Assembly: GCA_963704645.1 (NCBI GenBank)
Contig: OY969926.1
Span: 1,184,001-1,248,000 of the forward strand
DNA: 64,000 nt
Reading direction: 5' to 3'
Origin: an uncultured bacterium
GTDB lineage: Bacteria; Patescibacteriota; JACMRA01
Positions 12,001 through 18,319 of this stretch are shown piece after piece. Positions within the stretch are counted from its first letter, which is position 1; the number at the start of each line of letters is the position of its first letter. The notes under the pieces were generated by a model, which was not told the origin of the DNA, searched no databases, and saw nothing but the letters and a program-made list of their open reading frames with translations. The position numbers were made by a program, and so were the translations under genes.

Positions 12001-12598
12001 TTATTATGCAGATAGCAACACCTATGATAGACGCACTTCGGCTTGTACATTTGAAATAGAAACTGCCAACGGTGAAATTGTTCCTATGGATAGTTACTCA
12101 ACATCTGCCAGCGATGCTAATGGTGGCTACTCTTATTCTTTCTTGTACAAATCTAACCTTCCACCGGGTAGCTATATTTTAAGGAATACTAATAATGCAG
12201 AAACAAGCACTGTAACTAATTTCACCAGATATGAACCATCAACATTAAACTATGGCCAAGTAAGGCAAGCAAGTATTAGCTTCTCTCAGGGAAATTTGAA
12301 TCAAACCAGCCGGGCAAATATGTTCTTAAACTTGCAGCCAATTACGAACAACGCTTCTATAATAGGACAGGTTTTCATAGACAGAAACAATGACACAATC
12401 TTCCAACCAAATGGAGCTGATAATAATTTGGCTAGTTACGAGGATAATGATATAACTTTAAAAAATGTGAAAATTGACTTAACTAAGGTAACTCCATTCC
12501 TTTCTAAATCTACATTAACAGATCAAAATGGTAATTACCAACTAACCGATTTGCCATCTGGTATTTTCAAAATTACACCTGGTTTAGTTCAAAAATAA
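2..12598 (+). CDS. Giant surface protein, 5'-truncated (>4196 aa): IPT/TIG, DUF2341-like, LamG/ConA-like, FN3, Gly-rich repeats, many SdrD-B/Cna-B-like repeats
   Basis: The frame is open from the window edge. Motifs: IPT (VTSISPNSGPNIGGTFVTISGSNF), DUF2341-like (KLRSDCGDIRVKDSDG..LNYWID), LamG-like (ISSWMDRSGNGNNATQ..AVRFDG), FN3 (LAWTAPSNNGSAITDY..GLTPGTSYKFKV) and SdrD-B (F.D.N.NG..D..E). No C-terminal TM segment. Confidence 0.9.
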   Translation, partial: ATVPASTLSGNKTGSVDVTVTNPDGSNGTFSNGFTYVAPVVTSISPNSGPNIGGTFVTISGSNFSNLRSAGALISRQITITNPGSTITNYEGNVTLDTASLISANKLRSDCGDIRVKDSDGNTDLNYWIDGDCNSANTVIWFKKPSLLADNNTVILKYGDSNLTTQSNINNFSFGSVLTSTNNKLWVSANSGVGTSIDGGAISSWMDRSGNGNNATQITTTNQPTLRNKVQNGKPAVRFDGVNDSITFGDLEISNTKNISFITVFKTPRIRQYDGIFTKSYSAYGAYLGGDYAGNSGKVEFFVDSSRPGGAFALSNSALNNNLGNLVIGTYDGNLANENLKMFVNGSQQTKTGNSTVNIPDSSDKLTLGAEEGSSSSGYNLEGDIIESLAFNSTLSDTDRQNLETYLNTKYNLYNTTTLPTAALDSAETNFSISINGNNLDNAKFISSTSLTGYVPAGTGTQSVTVTNSDGTNGTLSNGFTYGVNGVPNPIFDLAINNTQNESVPLAWTAPSNNGSAITDYIIKYSTDNFATETIVNDGVNANTNYTITGLTPGTSYKFKVISVNGIGNSIDSNVVTLSSFDCDTNLNGADFTPANGATLTGRYCNIGTFTISSGFTVSTAVESKVKIYAQNANILGTLSANSKGFLGGLQTGNASGNGLGAGGGVYAGNGGAGGGYGGNGGRYSNASGGIAYGSITEPTDLGSGGSTYGNSISYPGGNGGGSIKLNITNTLTNNGSIAVNGDNSASYGGGGSGGSIWITSNTLAGTGTLTANGGNNPSGSNGGGSGGRIALYYNTKTLSGSVSAIGGTGGQNGGAGTVYEKVSSQTYGSLKIDNGNISGSDSAATIINSSYLVLNSLDNLIVTNKANAALNKDLTIINTSLDINVGTTFTVNNTLTSNNLSTLTNSGTFNFSTTGNWISNSLSSVTISGLLTLNTYMLPTINTVTIESGGNLTSSQNTTLANTPYKKIDLNINNLTVNSGGQIQTNSKGFLGGLQTGNASGNGLGAGGGVYAGNGGAGGGYGGNGGRYSNASGGIAYGSITEPTDLGSGGSTYGNSISYPGGNGGGSIKLNITNTLTNNGSIAVNGDNSASYGGGGSGGSIWITSNTLAGTGTLTANGGNNPSGSNGGGSGGRIALYYNTKTLSGSVSAIGGTGGQNGGAGTVYEKVGNDEFGSLTISSSGTLGAATEINNTFYPVNTFKNLTVTTGSVLIQNKALTLQNIVFTIPTNSYFYQDQPLTYTNILSDINISGYWESKSSPTNTSQANLNVNSGGNLTTSQNTTDAANLNYKIDLTFNNITVSSGGQIQTNEKGFQGGYNGNTSFSGYGPGGGVTASSNGGGGGGYGGTGGKFNVTTGGSTYGSISEPSDLGSGGATYSFTSSYPGGNGGGAIKLSANATFTNNGTISANGGNSPNYGGGGSGGSIWITSNTLAGTGNTTANGGNNTSGSNGGGGGGRIALYYNNKTLSGIVTANGGTGQQNGGAGTIYEPNTPQTGLTDAIFSPNPNPISIGNTFSAQITNVKNTFGFNLFSGTCSVNITGPSYSQSYNGTVNTGVCTISGTYPAPTVTGSGYTAALSVTGATTETKNVSFDVATTPSNRAKIDTGSLPIYSSLTVNPANPLIGTNFTVTGSGFVDSLNNQALNGIPCNVNITGPNSFSQVFVTANIVGGICSYSFNSSTLPKVSGTYNVSITIQGDSTNLTTNSVNFSYYFDIYLTNGSGFDSTGKIPGFISSSQSSIVQGDPDPIFTSPIIKKFDNSALLAVGTPCAILITISANPETAYNSTINSAGQCVATVPNNSFTAGNLSIRARVEVQNNFFYTNANTSILIQNFSSNKAKEGTTAGQVKYTIQTATPTPTFIGQDYTLSVTGLEDSLINGRPLANINCSIIMTGPNSYLNIETVAVTNGNCIKVLSGNIPQIPGQYSFKVQVAGDNSILETPALSFNRFFDIKLSGVAGISGSIPGNVVSSQNPVLLNQATTITSPSVRNFIDNASLTGKACRNILKINSGSDQIYTSTLNGSGQCVTNVPNTDIPTLGIAYLKTQVSIINSDFNSAYTFETANTSLPIRNAPTASICANQTFRDDNKNGVKDTSEPLLAGVTTRLKDAANLNILSTLSTTNTGPNCFSNLFDDTYYLEQILPTSGALQTGSLSYQIILGVGATENRSFGYNGDATICADPTFIDLNQNGFYEPGNGDYYYTGLITNLYLASNLNNSLQQITSNGTASNCFTPVNPANYTVIQTAPANTTSTTGTVINDKVSKNITLSFGVNQSQKFGYSIIPSNKAKAQDAPNQTKPVYTSIVQLTSVNPTYNEKAFVNYPVSATISGLVDSNSNLALNSTANCSATFSGPSFTSPITVSNLNVVSGVCVVNNTNNSTVLPTVIGSGNSVVFSIEGPTSTLVSDPHLFEVFSGNSTICPLVFADYNLNGTKQSGEPYLAGVQTQLFKDGGTTLLQTINSNINGNSCFAPITSGIEYSIVQTAPSGASLSAETLTRTVTPFPETINNFNFGYKGDSTITPLLFRDDNRNGANDFETALNNLFTATLKDYAGNIISSNLSVNSINNFTNLLSTSVLGGNYVVEINTQGLLTTNTTNNNPFSVTTLNSGTNQNVSLGFASNASICPNPTFNDYNYNGISDGGEPNINGLVTRLLLASDNSEVATLNTNGSNCFTNVIPNNYILEQTHPVGAILTTTPGTQSTGKITVPVTSAFGISNTQKFGYKGDSVICPNPSFQDLNKDGIKQTEELLISGLTTVLKDINGTTVQSLVTNGTDCFTQLLAGTYQVVQTAPNNSTSTTGGTTQNVTVAMAETINQAFGYDGSPLICPNVFQDNNGDGIQNNGEVTLPGVTVKLSDSGNIQIGSDIISSGTVQCFPAVTIGENYSVTATTPEGYTSTTALTANISAVFGQRYTPNFGFNGNAVVCITNSFTDFNANGVYDAGTDESLNALVSKIRLNGSNTDIQIVNTNSSGQACFNALPPGQYKVIQIGPDGTNSTTGGDQVFSLSPGQNKDLVFGYSGSGALCVNLYNDTNFNSRKDAGEIYIPNITVELYLQSNLLTAIGTQSSSSTGDICFTGLYPNDFQAKIITTGYLNDNSFVSTSGGNTQNVTLNSGNNYYATQTFGYTNNADYAKGAFRGLVYVDRDENGFSNTRGNDGVEATIYDNDVPIVEKLVNLLKDSGGNNFVFQSAQITDSLGEFNFIGLDPGVYKIEIANDTGVVAVTPNPSTRTFTINTNEKTYDLYGFQYTAQICPSIFLDKDNDGILNGTDIDLIQNGGVYVQLEYQSFGGTQVYGGGNANGVLLNSSNACLTKVPPRNYNLRISTYNNFSNLFDTAYYNQRNPSSNPSVSVFLGNTATPKVTYHTNALPPVYTLSSISGKIWNDRPANNSSPDFNGTDDKTGVETIESKTYDNDYDNDFVYPNLTVALKKCGPVNGETILDVNTWNANMRTTVTDSNGNYNFFGVPTGTYAVIVVSTVPNQNVTTTLNKGLDCSLYYNYTFFNSNFNNNGAGTAPGSNVNYDVVYYFTPNVSSNFWVDTNKNGVKDSWEDSSQWSPYRANLEIANNFGLVEINKLKYFTNGGGNYAASVSPNNYTINLLNTAGETNVPTSYGLIGTSSRSISTVNGSQVVEFGVDPTNNSSISGKIFIDRDGDNNFEPDGQDGNSVTSYDNDIKLAGRSVNLYYGGGQNQLKQTVITDSEGNYTFTALAEGVYYINPTENPPTGTSCTTCAAGIGLNKDTNYTQNFRYNYDARIRLMSFYDTIANFTRQDEFETDLSEGTFTLIAPDGSQVGQPVSPVGKDNNGFYYLSYQFNNLAPGNYTIQMNNMPSSVRGYSNPDSIIVSPSQSQERDYPFTALTNNSISGDVFIDRPNGTNQGFNSIYNPNGGDNNSATLFDNDKPLNNTVVTIAGPLGNYTLNTDSSQSYNFANLPSGKYKLYKQDIGGNSIPNLALSVANQDINNIVLNSWTQTSWVKNNTNNSHNFTYRYTNEISVYCYEDKDLNGQITYYADSNTYDRRTSACTFEIETANGEIVPMDSYSTSASDANGGYSYSFLYKSNLPPGSYILRNTNNAETSTVTNFTRYEPSTLNYGQVRQASISFSQGNLNQTSRANMFLNLQPITNNASIIGQVFIDRNNDTIFQPNGADNNLASYEDNDITLKNVKIDLTKVTPFLSKSTLTDQNGNYQLTDLPSGIFKITPGLVQK
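1923..3504 (+). repeat. 547-bp direct duplication inside the giant ORF (1923-2469 = 2958-3504)
   Basis: The two copies read identically by eye from CCAACTCCAAAGG to TGAGAAAGT at offset 1035. A third, diverged copy lies at about 3930-4470. Confidence 0.9.
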
Positions 12599-12618
12599 AA
12601 AGTAAACTTAATAAAATT

Positions 12619-15600
12619 ATGCACCACAAACTTCTTCAGAAATTCACACTTCAAAGTATAGGGGGCTTTATTTTAATTGCCATATTTTTTACATTCCTAA
12701 GTTTATTAAATATCAATACTTTACCAGTTCAAGCAGCTGTAAATTGCCCAAGTGGAACATGGAATGGAACAGCTTGCGAAGCCTACACTTGCCCCAATGG
12801 AGGTGTTGCCAGTGGTTCAACTTGTTTTAAAAATGTATGCCCAAACGGACAAGATCCTGCTAGCGGTTCTAATTGTGTGGGAAGTTCCCAAATGATAGTT
12901 TACGGATGTGGCACAGGAGATGTAAACACAATATACAGAACTACTCATAATGGTTTTGATAGCAGCTTATGTACAGCGCCTGAAAATAGACCTTTATTTA
13001 GCCAAGTTTCAGCCTGTGCTTCTGGTTTCATTACTGGAGGAAGTAGAAATAGAGGCGGCCTTCCTTATACTTATGACGTTAGATCTGGAGATGGCTCTGA
13101 ACCATTTTATGATACTTATTTTGGTTATGGTGACTCGGCAGATACTTTATTAAGAGACAGAAGAACTAACGATGCTTTTCAAGCTATGTGCAGCGATGGA
13201 AGTAGACTATGCCCTGCTGGACAAGGATTAGCCTTTTACGCAGCAAACTCTAACAGACATTTGCCATTAGCAGGTGGGCCTGGAGAATATTTATGTGCCA
13301 GTTATACAATTCCCAATAGTTCTTTACCAGTTTTTTTTGCTGGTGGATGGAATTACAGTTACCGTTCAAATTCTAGTAATAGTTATTATCCGTATCTTAA
13401 AGATCCAAGTTTTTCTCCAGATATTATTAACTGTAGAAGTTACAGCCAGTATGCCACAGGTAGTTTTGATAATTACGTTCAAATCATAGCCGGTGCCAAT
13501 ACTGGAGGTGAACTGTCTTTTTATTGCGCTCCAACAGTTTTTGCCCCAGCCACCACCACAACCTACCCGGGAACATTGGTTTATATTACAACTGGAATAA
13601 CCTACACCCCAGAAGCTGGCCAGATAGTTATAGATTCATGTAATGATGAAGCTCCTGGAGGAGGCACGGCGATTACTTGTGTAGTTACAGGTTCAGGTAG
13701 CCCCGCTGGTATAGTTTATGGTGGTTCTGTTACTATTTCAGTTAACAACGGTGGTGGACAAGCCAATTGTACTTTCACAGGACCTGCTACTACAACTTGC
13801 AATCCTGTAGCTGTGGGAACTTCTTTGGGAAATAAAGTTGTTACTACAAATCAAGGCGGTTCTTTCAATATAAATGTAGTGCAGCCTTTACCAGCTGGTT
13901 CGGTTACTATAGAAAAGTATTATTTAGATGGAACGCAGGAAGTAAGAAACTTAATTGCAGCTCCGGGTGACTATGTTACGGTTAGGTTAAAATATAATAA
14001 CACAAATGCAAAATCGGCTAGAAACGTTATTATTAACGACTCCCTACCCGATGCCAAATTTAGCTATATTCCAGGTAGTTTAAAAAATTGTTTAATTAAT
14101 AGTTCAACTTGTCTGCCTATTAGCGACGCTTTATTTAATGGAATAAACTTTAGATCTACAACTTCGAATGGCTTTTATGGATACCCAACCACCACTTCTA
14201 CGGGCAACCTTGAAATGGGACGTTTAAAATATGTGCATACTATAACTTGTTCCCAAACCAATGGAGAAAAAGAAATATTTACTCAAAGTATAGATAACAG
14301 CTCTATTTTTGTACCAACCTGCTCTTCTGTTTCCGGATCTAGTACTGTAACAAACTATTCTACTATAAACTTATTGGGTCAGAGATATTTACATCAAACT
14401 ACATGTTTACAGGCTAATGGTGAAAAAGAAATATTTACTCAGAGCATTGATAATAATTCTAGCTTTACACCAAGTTGTGCAAATCTTGATGGTTCAGCTG
14501 TAGCAAGTTCAAGCACCTTAGATTTTTTGGGTCAGAGATATTTACATCAAACTACATGTTTACAGGCTAGTGGCCAGAAAGAAATATTTACCCAGAGCAT
14601 TGATAATAATGCTAGCTTTACACCAAGTTGTGCAAGCCTTGATGTAGCAGCCACAGTAAATGAAAGTTCCACCATAGATCTATTTAATTCTGCAAACGCC
14701 CAAGGATACATTGAATATCAAATGACATCAAGCATATTTGAACAAGCTTCATCTTCACTAAATATTAACCTTGGCGATTATACCTCTAATGCCGCCAATT
14801 TAACTTCCACCAGCTTTCTAAACGTTTCAGACGCTACAGCAACTAATATTGCCTTAAAGATTTTCTGCGATTCAATTAGTCCAAGCCCAGGAGAGCGAAA
14901 TATTTCCCTTTCAGACGCCGAACTTAGAGCTGGGCAAGATTTCCGCTGTAACTACCTAGCTAGTATTTGCCCAAGTGTATTTGATGATTTAAACACAAAC
15001 GGAATTAAAGACCCAAACGAAGATTTAATTTCTGATGTGCTTGTTCAACTTCAAAGTACGGATGGTTTAACTACCTATTTTACACTAACAACTAACGCAA
15101 CCACTCAATGCTTTAATAATCTTTTACACGGACGCAATTATAGGATAAATATTCCCACACCACCAACAGGAAGCAGTACGACAGGTGGAAACTTTAAAAC
15201 AGAGTTAATTAATTACCGAAGGACTGAAACAGAGGTTTTATTTGGATATGGAACTGGTTCACTTTATTTAAACGCTCCAAGCGCAGTAACTTTACCAAGT
15301 TTAACAGTTAGTGATGAAGAAACCGAGTCATCGGGAACAATAAATGCCATTCAAGTAATAGACACCCGACTTTCAAACCCTGGGTGGACGCTTACTGCCA
15401 CAGTAAATAATTTTAGAAGTGCACTAGCCTTTGAAGCTGCAGATATTCCAGTTGCAGGAAAATTTAGAAGCAGGCCTAGCGCTGTAACAATTAATAGCGG
15501 ACAAACACAAGGGATTGGAATTGGAGACGAAAAAACCATTACATCAATTTTAGACCTAATGCCAATTTTTAGCGGAAACCCGGGTAGCAGCAAAGGTGAC

Positions 15601-15690
15601 TTTTTAATAAATAACAATGTAACATTAATTGTTCCGCCTTACATCAAAGCTACTAACTACACTACAGATTACATTTTTACTATAATATAA
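12619..15690 (+). CDS. Secreted Cys-rich protein with DUF11-like, SdrD-B-like and C-terminal WxL-like domains
   Basis: Signal peptide ending VQA-A. The C-terminal IQVIDTRLSNPGWTLTAT matches the WxL pattern V.D.R....GWTL.A. It lies directly upstream of a DUF916-like gene. Confidence 0.75.
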   Translation: MHHKLLQKFTLQSIGGFILIAIFFTFLSLLNINTLPVQAAVNCPSGTWNGTACEAYTCPNGGVASGSTCFKNVCPNGQDPASGSNCVGSSQMIVYGCGTGDVNTIYRTTHNGFDSSLCTAPENRPLFSQVSACASGFITGGSRNRGGLPYTYDVRSGDGSEPFYDTYFGYGDSADTLLRDRRTNDAFQAMCSDGSRLCPAGQGLAFYAANSNRHLPLAGGPGEYLCASYTIPNSSLPVFFAGGWNYSYRSNSSNSYYPYLKDPSFSPDIINCRSYSQYATGSFDNYVQIIAGANTGGELSFYCAPTVFAPATTTTYPGTLVYITTGITYTPEAGQIVIDSCNDEAPGGGTAITCVVTGSGSPAGIVYGGSVTISVNNGGGQANCTFTGPATTTCNPVAVGTSLGNKVVTTNQGGSFNINVVQPLPAGSVTIEKYYLDGTQEVRNLIAAPGDYVTVRLKYNNTNAKSARNVIINDSLPDAKFSYIPGSLKNCLINSSTCLPISDALFNGINFRSTTSNGFYGYPTTTSTGNLEMGRLKYVHTITCSQTNGEKEIFTQSIDNSSIFVPTCSSVSGSSTVTNYSTINLLGQRYLHQTTCLQANGEKEIFTQSIDNNSSFTPSCANLDGSAVASSSTLDFLGQRYLHQTTCLQASGQKEIFTQSIDNNASFTPSCASLDVAATVNESSTIDLFNSANAQGYIEYQMTSSIFEQASSSLNINLGDYTSNAANLTSTSFLNVSDATATNIALKIFCDSISPSPGERNISLSDAELRAGQDFRCNYLASICPSVFDDLNTNGIKDPNEDLISDVLVQLQSTDGLTTYFTLTTNATTQCFNNLLHGRNYRINIPTPPTGSSTTGGNFKTELINYRRTETEVLFGYGTGSLYLNAPSAVTLPSLTVSDEETESSGTINAIQVIDTRLSNPGWTLTATVNNFRSALAFEAADIPVAGKFRSRPSAVTINSGQTQGIGIGDEKTITSILDLMPIFSGNPGSSKGDFLINNNVTLIVPPYIKATNYTTDYIFTII
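14218..14690 (+). repeat. Three tandem ~51-aa repeats (GQRYLHQTTCLQANGEKEIFTQSIDNNSSFTPSC)
   Basis: Visible in the translation. The DNA copies at 14374 and 14527 are nearly identical at offset 153. Confidence 0.85.
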
Positions 15691-15691
15691 T

Positions 15692-16876
15692 ATGTTCGCT
15701 TCCACGCATTCTTCTCTTAAAAAATTAGCTAGATATTTTAAATATCTTAAGTTGAGTATAGTTTTTGGAATTTTGGGAGTTTTAGCTGCCACCTTAATTC
15801 CTACAACAATAGTTAGCGCCGAAGTGGCTGTGTCTCCTTACAACGCCAATAAAGCTAGTCCTGATGAAAAAAATTGGTTCATTTTTCAAGCCGAAGCTGG
15901 TAGCACAATTTCCAATTCAATTTTAATTCAAAATACAGGCTCAGCCAATTCTGAGGTTACTATTTCGGGTAAAGATGCCCAAATTCTTGAAAATGGAAAT
16001 TTCACTATTATTCCAGATAGTGAGGAAAATAAAAACGAAGGCAAATGGATTGAACTAGAAATTAATAAAATAGCCCTTGAAAGTAAAAAATCTAGCCAAG
16101 CTGGTTTCAAAATTAATATTCCTAAAGATACTTTAGATGGAGAATATGCAGCAGGAATTGGAGTTAGCGAAACTGTAAAATCTTCAACTGAAAACAACAT
16201 TATAAAAAGGCAAGGTTTGCGCATTTACACCGCAGTTGGAAAAAATTTTGATTTAAACATACAGGCCGAAAAGTTAAATATTTTAGATCCTAGCGACCCA
16301 AATTACCAACAAATTAAACAACAAAAAAGCTATTTTGGAAGGAACAATTTAGTTCTAGAATTTGAAGCCGAAAACAAAGGAAACGTATTTGGTTTAATTC
16401 AAGGTAAATACAGTTTAACTAAGCCAGACGGAACAGTTTTTGAAAGCAATTTAGAACTGGAAATTGCACCCCGTGTTGGCAAACGAAAATACTATTTAAT
16501 TACTAATCAAGAATATTTAGTAGGAACAACCAAAGCAGTTTTAGACTACCAAGCTGTTCCAGAAAATATTCCAGCTGATAAAGTTAATAATTTAAATCCC
16601 AGGTCTGCATTTGGTGATAATTTAACTTTAAGCCAAAGCCAATGGGACAATTTTGAAAACAGTAAAACACCAGCCTTCATTTTTAAAGGTGAAGTTTCTC
16701 CTTCTCAAAATGTTGAAATTGAGCCAACAAAAACCAATTTAGTTATACCAATTTTATTCACCGCCCTAATTAATCTTTTTGGAATTTACGTTGCTTATAA
16801 AAAACATTTATTGGACACACAAATTCAAAAACTCGTTAAAAAATTTAAAGAAACAATCAGTAAGTTTCGGAAATAA
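15692..16876 (+). CDS. DUF916 / WxL-interacting-protein-like membrane-anchored protein
   Basis: Signal peptide; NWFIF..EAGSTISNSILIQN..GKWIEL..FKINIPKDTLDGEYAAGI pattern typical of DUF916; C-terminal TM plus basic tail; starts 1 nt after the WxL gene stop. Confidence 0.75.
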   Translation: MFASTHSSLKKLARYFKYLKLSIVFGILGVLAATLIPTTIVSAEVAVSPYNANKASPDEKNWFIFQAEAGSTISNSILIQNTGSANSEVTISGKDAQILENGNFTIIPDSEENKNEGKWIELEINKIALESKKSSQAGFKINIPKDTLDGEYAAGIGVSETVKSSTENNIIKRQGLRIYTAVGKNFDLNIQAEKLNILDPSDPNYQQIKQQKSYFGRNNLVLEFEAENKGNVFGLIQGKYSLTKPDGTVFESNLELEIAPRVGKRKYYLITNQEYLVGTTKAVLDYQAVPENIPADKVNNLNPRSAFGDNLTLSQSQWDNFENSKTPAFIFKGEVSPSQNVEIEPTKTNLVIPILFTALINLFGIYVAYKKHLLDTQIQKLVKKFKETISKFRK

Positions 16877-16893
16877 CTGATCTGACTTACCTC

Positions 16894-17280
16894 TTACTTA
16901 ACTAAAACTCCAATTGGTTTATACTTGTTGGTAATAATTGTTGGACCAAACAAATTTAATTCTATAGAAGAATCTTTTCCTGCCAAATAATGATAAGGCC
17001 CGTCTGTTCTATAAAATTCTCTTCCAGCAGAAACATCGTAGACCTTTCCATTTAAACCAATGTAAATTGGCTTATTATCATCTTCACCATTAAATTCTTT
17101 TAAGTCTTGCTCTGTAAAAGTTTTAAGAACTTGGTTGTTCAGCGAGGAATTATTTGAAACTGCAGAATCTTTTAAATAATTATAGTAACTAAAAGCTGCA
17201 AGAAAAATACCTATTAAGAAAATCAAAGAAAGTGCCGAACACGCTTTTTTAAAGTTAATTTTTTTTGGGAGATAAGGCAT
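16894..17280 (-). CDS. Cytochrome b5-like heme/steroid-binding protein (MAPR type) with N-terminal TM
   Basis: FTEQDLKEFNG..PIYIGLNGKVYDVSAGREFY..GPYHYLAGKDSS is the MAPR signature. The ATG at 17280 (MPYLPKK) is preferred over 17370. Confidence 0.85.
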   Translation of the reverse strand: MPYLPKKINFKKACSALSLIFLIGIFLAAFSYYNYLKDSAVSNNSSLNNQVLKTFTEQDLKEFNGEDDNKPIYIGLNGKVYDVSAGREFYRTDGPYHYLAGKDSSIELNLFGPTIITNKYKPIGVLVK

Positions 17281-17438
17281 AAAATTAAATGTGAACCCTA
17301 AAACAACAATCAAACTTTTCTTTATTGATGAGTTATTGGTTGCAGTATGATAAATGTTGTAGCCATGCAATTGTTAAAATAGAGCGATTCGAGATCTATA
17401 CACAAAGATATGCACCCCAAGGTTCGAGCAAAAAAGTG

Positions 17439-17924
17439 CTATATTTTATACATTGTCATTCTTGTATCCAACCACCTTTGGTTATGGTTGCTAAAGAAAA
17501 TGGAGGTGTTGTCTTTTCCACACTCAAAAACATTTCCACCAGAATGTGTATCTTTCAATTTAGTTACATTATACTTTTGATCCTTAATTGTAATAATACA
17601 GTCATTGGAGTTGCTTGGAGTTGCTGCAACTTCATTTTTAGTATCAGAAGAATTATTAGTTGTAGTTGGACTGGTTGCAGGTTGCGAATTAGTTGCGTTA
17701 GTGGTTGTACTAGATGTTATTGTTGAGCTTGTATTTGTAGTGCTTGCAGGAACATTTTCGTTGCTACTTACATTTTTAGAAGCTAATTCTTGTGTAGTTT
17801 TTGAAATGTTTGATGTATTGTTATTCTGACTATTAGAAAAAAAGTAAAACCCGAAAGCAGAAACTATTATTATGCCTACTACTATACTAATAATTAATGG
17901 TGTTTTGTTGTTTGAGTTATTCAT
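17439..17924 (-). CDS. Membrane-anchored cytochrome b5 domain protein with Ser/Thr/Asn linker
   Basis: CIITIKDQKYNVT..THSGG...CGKDNTSIFFSNH carries both b5 heme-ligand histidines (HPGG-like motif and the distal His). Confidence 0.8.
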   Translation of the reverse strand: MNNSNNKTPLIISIVVGIIIVSAFGFYFFSNSQNNNTSNISKTTQELASKNVSSNENVPASTTNTSSTITSSTTTNATNSQPATSPTTTNNSSDTKNEVAATPSNSNDCIITIKDQKYNVTKLKDTHSGGNVFECGKDNTSIFFSNHNQRWLDTRMTMYKI

Positions 17925-18319
17925 ATATTAATAATTAATTGTACCTAAAGAAATTTACCTTAACAAATTGGCGAGGTTATTTCCTCATTAAATAGTAAGT
18001 TTTAGCTTAATTCACATTGTAAAAGGATGCTTACCACTTAATAATATCAAGCTTAAAAAGCAATTGACATGTTGGCAAATTAAACTTTTATATATTGCAA
18101 GACTAACTTCTATATTATTTATACCTACCATTAATTTTATAGAAACTGTCTTTCCCCTTTCGCCCACTTTGTTTAAGAGTGCGGCTTTTTTAATGTGTAT
18201 AATAATTTTAACGAGGCGGATATTAGATTTTAGCAACATTGATAGTATGCTCATTTACTTAACTACTTTAGCCAAAAATAAATTTGACATGTTGGATGTA
18301 AGTCACTACTGGTTATAAT

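Noticed and set aside
18012-18318. Two overlapping short ORFs and a 12-bp direct repeat TTGACATGTTGG (18064, 18284)
   Set aside because: The ORFs have no protein-like features. The repeats contain a -35 hexamer but lack a well-spaced -10, so no feature was called.
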